NCBI GenBank assembly: GCA_965214095.1
Contig: OZ243938.1
Coordinates: 4,992,001-5,056,000, forward strand
Direction of reading: 5' to 3'
DNA from: Candidatus Poribacteria bacterium
GTDB taxonomy: Bacteria; Poribacteria; WGA-4E; WGA-3G
DNA length: 64,000 bases
The notes beneath the pieces are model-generated. The model worked only from the letters and a program-made list of their open reading frames with translations, did no database searches and was not told the origin of the DNA. Below, piece by piece: positions 62,301-64,000 of the stretch. The translations under genes and the position numbers were made by a program. Each line of letters begins with the position of its first letter. Position 1 is the first letter of the stretch.

Positions 62301-62972
62301 GACAAATCCATGACTGAACGCGCACAGAAACGTCTACAAGTTATTGAGGAATTTACTGACCTCGGTTCAGGATTTAAAATTGCTCTGAGAGACTTGGAGA
62401 TCCGTGGCGCGGGAAATATACTTGGTTCACAACAACATGGACATATTACGAATGTTGGATATGAACTCTATTGTAAACTCCTTGATGATGCAGTACGTAG
62501 GTTAAAAGGTGAAAAGGTAGAGGAAGAAATTGAGACTAACATCAATTTACCGATTGAAGCATTTCTACCTGATGACTACATTCCAGACAGCCGACAGAAA
62601 ATTTCTATCTATAAAAAAATATCTGCTCTGAAAAATGAAACACAGAAGGATGACCTGACCAAAGAACTCAAAGACCGATATGGGGACCTGCCGGAACCCG
62701 TTGAGATGTTATTGGAAATTACAACCATTAAACAACTATCACAAAAGTTAGGAATATCAGCAATTGTTGCTGGTGGAAATCGCATTAAAGTGACATTTGA
62801 TGAAAGAAATCCGAAGATTGATGTGACTCAGTTGGTAGAAGCAATTCATGAAAACCCACAACTTGAATTACGTCCACCTGCCCAACTTTTGATTAGTATT
62901 GAAGAGATAACTGGCAAAGAATTATTAACCGAATTGCAACAAATATTGACTATGTTTGTTGTTTCTGACTAA
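59370..62972 (+). CDS. mfd: Transcription-repair coupling factor
   Basis: UvrB-like N-terminus (GEFA.RG.IID), CarD/RID (GDHVVH..HG), GDVGYGKT, DEEHRFG, TATPIPRT, QLRGRVGR, TRCF C-terminus. Confidence 0.97.
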   Translation: MLESLRRTKSYKNVVECLKHGANPPSLIGMRNASTSYFLATIIDDVPDKSFLVVFPSHREAEQALEEVRAFRNHNIEQDTEQGNRQDNLYLFPSWQNTLFEGISPTNNISVDRMRCLHDLITKNGKPISENTSETTQNGVVFTTVRALSYKLPPRDTLTSACRRLEIGDEVEYHDLITFLNRSGYRQVELVEVKGEFAHRGDIIDVFPLTSDTPVRLDFFGDELDEIRLFDATSQVTIEHDDSVVVTPMSEVCLADISISHWKSQTERLMKTSPNTPDYINSIREMTRGLEDFITRRQTNNPNIVDEIPQDIDGVEAFLPMLFPETGMLSDYLPDETVVLMVEPRWQMHEAEQIREQLQEIYERRMAEGKLMPTLDNILVPTETIETELGQYPNIPVSLATAASDENTENGPANVNQEEDDLEPYFDFKPLGLGRGNYQMVIDYINRWINKDYLVNVFCETRQQAKRVLEMLIERELPSEKLSVSVGFISEGFISDSLKLVFISENEIFGNPQKRVASRKRHKSGAPILSLIDMQVGDHVVHISHGIAVYEGIRRMDIDGQSQDFLILKYREEDRLYVPTYQVDIVQKYIGNKDESYEPRIDHLGGKSWQNKKQRAKAAVEEMAEELLKLYAARQANEGYSFPTEVPWESEFEALFPFQETDDQLQAIEDVKADMEIDKPMDRLVCGDVGYGKTEVALRAAFKAVMAEKQVALLVPTTILALQHYDTFEKRFKPFPIQVEMLNRFRSRKEIQSVKKKLTEGTVDIVIGTHSLLSDSVTFDNLGLLIVDEEHRFGVKHKEKIKQFKETVDVLTLTATPIPRTLHMSLVGIRDFSIINTPPANRLPIQTQVMPYNTKVIRDAIMNELSRDGQVFFVHNRVQDIAVIAKNIQELAPHARVAIAHGQMPERELENVMLEFVRHKHDILVCTMIIESGLDIPNVNTIMINRADAFGLAQLYQLRGRVGRADEQAYGYLFYPPDKSMTERAQKRLQVIEEFTDLGSGFKIALRDLEIRGAGNILGSQQHGHITNVGYELYCKLLDDAVRRLKGEKVEEEIETNINLPIEAFLPDDYIPDSRQKISIYKKISALKNETQKDDLTKELKDRYGDLPEPVEMLLEITTIKQLSQKLGISAIVAGGNRIKVTFDERNPKIDVTQLVEAIHENPQLELRPPAQLLISIEEITGKELLTELQQILTMFVVSD

Positions 62973-63029
62973 AATATAGGTATATACAAGGCAATATAGC
63001 CTGATTATTACTGAAAGGAGATTTTTAAA

Positions 63030-64000
63030 GTGAAAAAAATATTTTTTGTTGTTACTGCAGTTGTAGCAACCTGCCTTCTCACCTGGTCTTTTGTCCGTTC
63101 AGACAACCACGGGGTTTCCGAAGAAGAAGTGGACAAAAGTCAAATAATATTGGCAGAGATGAAGTGGAACGGAGAACTAATACAGATTTCTCTTGATGAA
63201 CTTGACGCAGCAATTGCAGAATTACCATCCTATCGTCAGCGAAATTATGCCGATAAGGAAGGAAAAGCAGAATTTTTAGAAGATTACATTGACAAAAAAC
63301 TCAAATTGCTTCAAGCAACTGAACACGGTTTCGATAAACTTCAAGACCACCTTGATAAGTTAGAGGACTATACGCATCAACTCATGGTTGAAAAACTTAC
63401 GGAAGTGGAAGTTGATGCAAAGGTTTCATATACCGAGGAAGACTTGAAAGCATACTATGAGGAAAACAAGGCTAATTATGTTGAAGCCGCAAAGGTGCGT
63501 GCAATATGTATTCCCCTTGATGATGAAGACTTGGCGAATGAAACATTAGACGAGATATTAGCTGGGACAGATATCGTTGAGATGGCTGTGAAACTCACGG
63601 AACAAGATAAGTTCGCAAATGGTCCTGGTAAAAGCGAAGAGGAGCCGGGCAATACAGGTTTCTTCAGTCAATCTGCTTCTCCGAGTTGGTCTGAATTCAT
63701 TGAAGCTGCCTTTGAGATGGAAATCGGTGAAATGACGGATACAGTATTTGAAACCGATGTTAATGACGAAACTTTTTATCTCATTTTCCGCAAAGAGGAA
63801 CACCAATCGGAACGGCAAAAGGAATTAGATGAGGTGCTGTCTGATGTAAGACGGAAAGTTGAACGGGCGGCAAAACGGGCACGGATCATTGAATGGGTAG
63901 AAGAAATCTCACAACAGGGAAAACTGAAACTGTATCCAGAAAACATCCCCACGCCTGAACCCGAAATACCCGAAGAAGAATCAGAGACACCCGATAAGTA
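63030..64000 (+). CDS. PrsA/SurA-like parvulin PPIase/chaperone (absent from the ORF track; runs to window edge)
   Basis: RBS AAAGGAG, GTG start, signal peptide MKKIFFVVTAVV; LKAYYEENK..Y...KVRA..I; GNTGFF...EFIEAAFEMEIGE; window ends GAT AAG TA, probably the stop. Confidence 0.85.
   Translation, partial: MKKIFFVVTAVVATCLLTWSFVRSDNHGVSEEEVDKSQIILAEMKWNGELIQISLDELDAAIAELPSYRQRNYADKEGKAEFLEDYIDKKLKLLQATEHGFDKLQDHLDKLEDYTHQLMVEKLTEVEVDAKVSYTEEDLKAYYEENKANYVEAAKVRAICIPLDDEDLANETLDEILAGTDIVEMAVKLTEQDKFANGPGKSEEEPGNTGFFSQSASPSWSEFIEAAFEMEIGEMTDTVFETDVNDETFYLIFRKEEHQSERQKELDEVLSDVRRKVERAAKRARIIEWVEEISQQGKLKLYPENIPTPEPEIPEEESETPDK

Overview
Low-GC bacterial window with the gene style of Candidatus Poribacteria (inference from the WD40 protein, the giant LRR/cadherin protein with a C-terminal NYPNPFNPETWIPYQL sorting domain, and REP/MITE-packed intergenic DNA). 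Housekeeping genes (tkt, purF, purM, mfd, a PrsA/SurA-like PPIase) alternate with paralog arrays: 4 MacB-like permeases plus an adaptor, 3 TonB-dependent receptors plus TonB, and 3 LolA-fold-like proteins with a DUF1573-like gene. Main observations not shown by the ORF track: (1) two ORFs at 1353-2429 form one TlpA/peroxiredoxin-like selenoprotein candidate (WGSW-UGA-AC, with a candidate SECIS), coupled to a c-type cytochrome. (2) A coding-free IS200/IS605 element at 4829-6273 has exact IS608-like end geometry and would transcribe a ~330-nt highly structured omegaRNA-like RNA; a 1000-bp frameshifting IS5 element has inserted exactly between its -35 and -10 boxes. (3) A decaying DUF1573/LolA-like/Cys-rich-peptide/CcdA/Imm53 module in which all three paralogs have their leader separated from the body by a one-base offset at a homopolymer. 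(4) Four-level nested MITEs, with several unrelated MITE families each carrying REP-like palindromes. No tRNA, rRNA or CRISPR array was seen.
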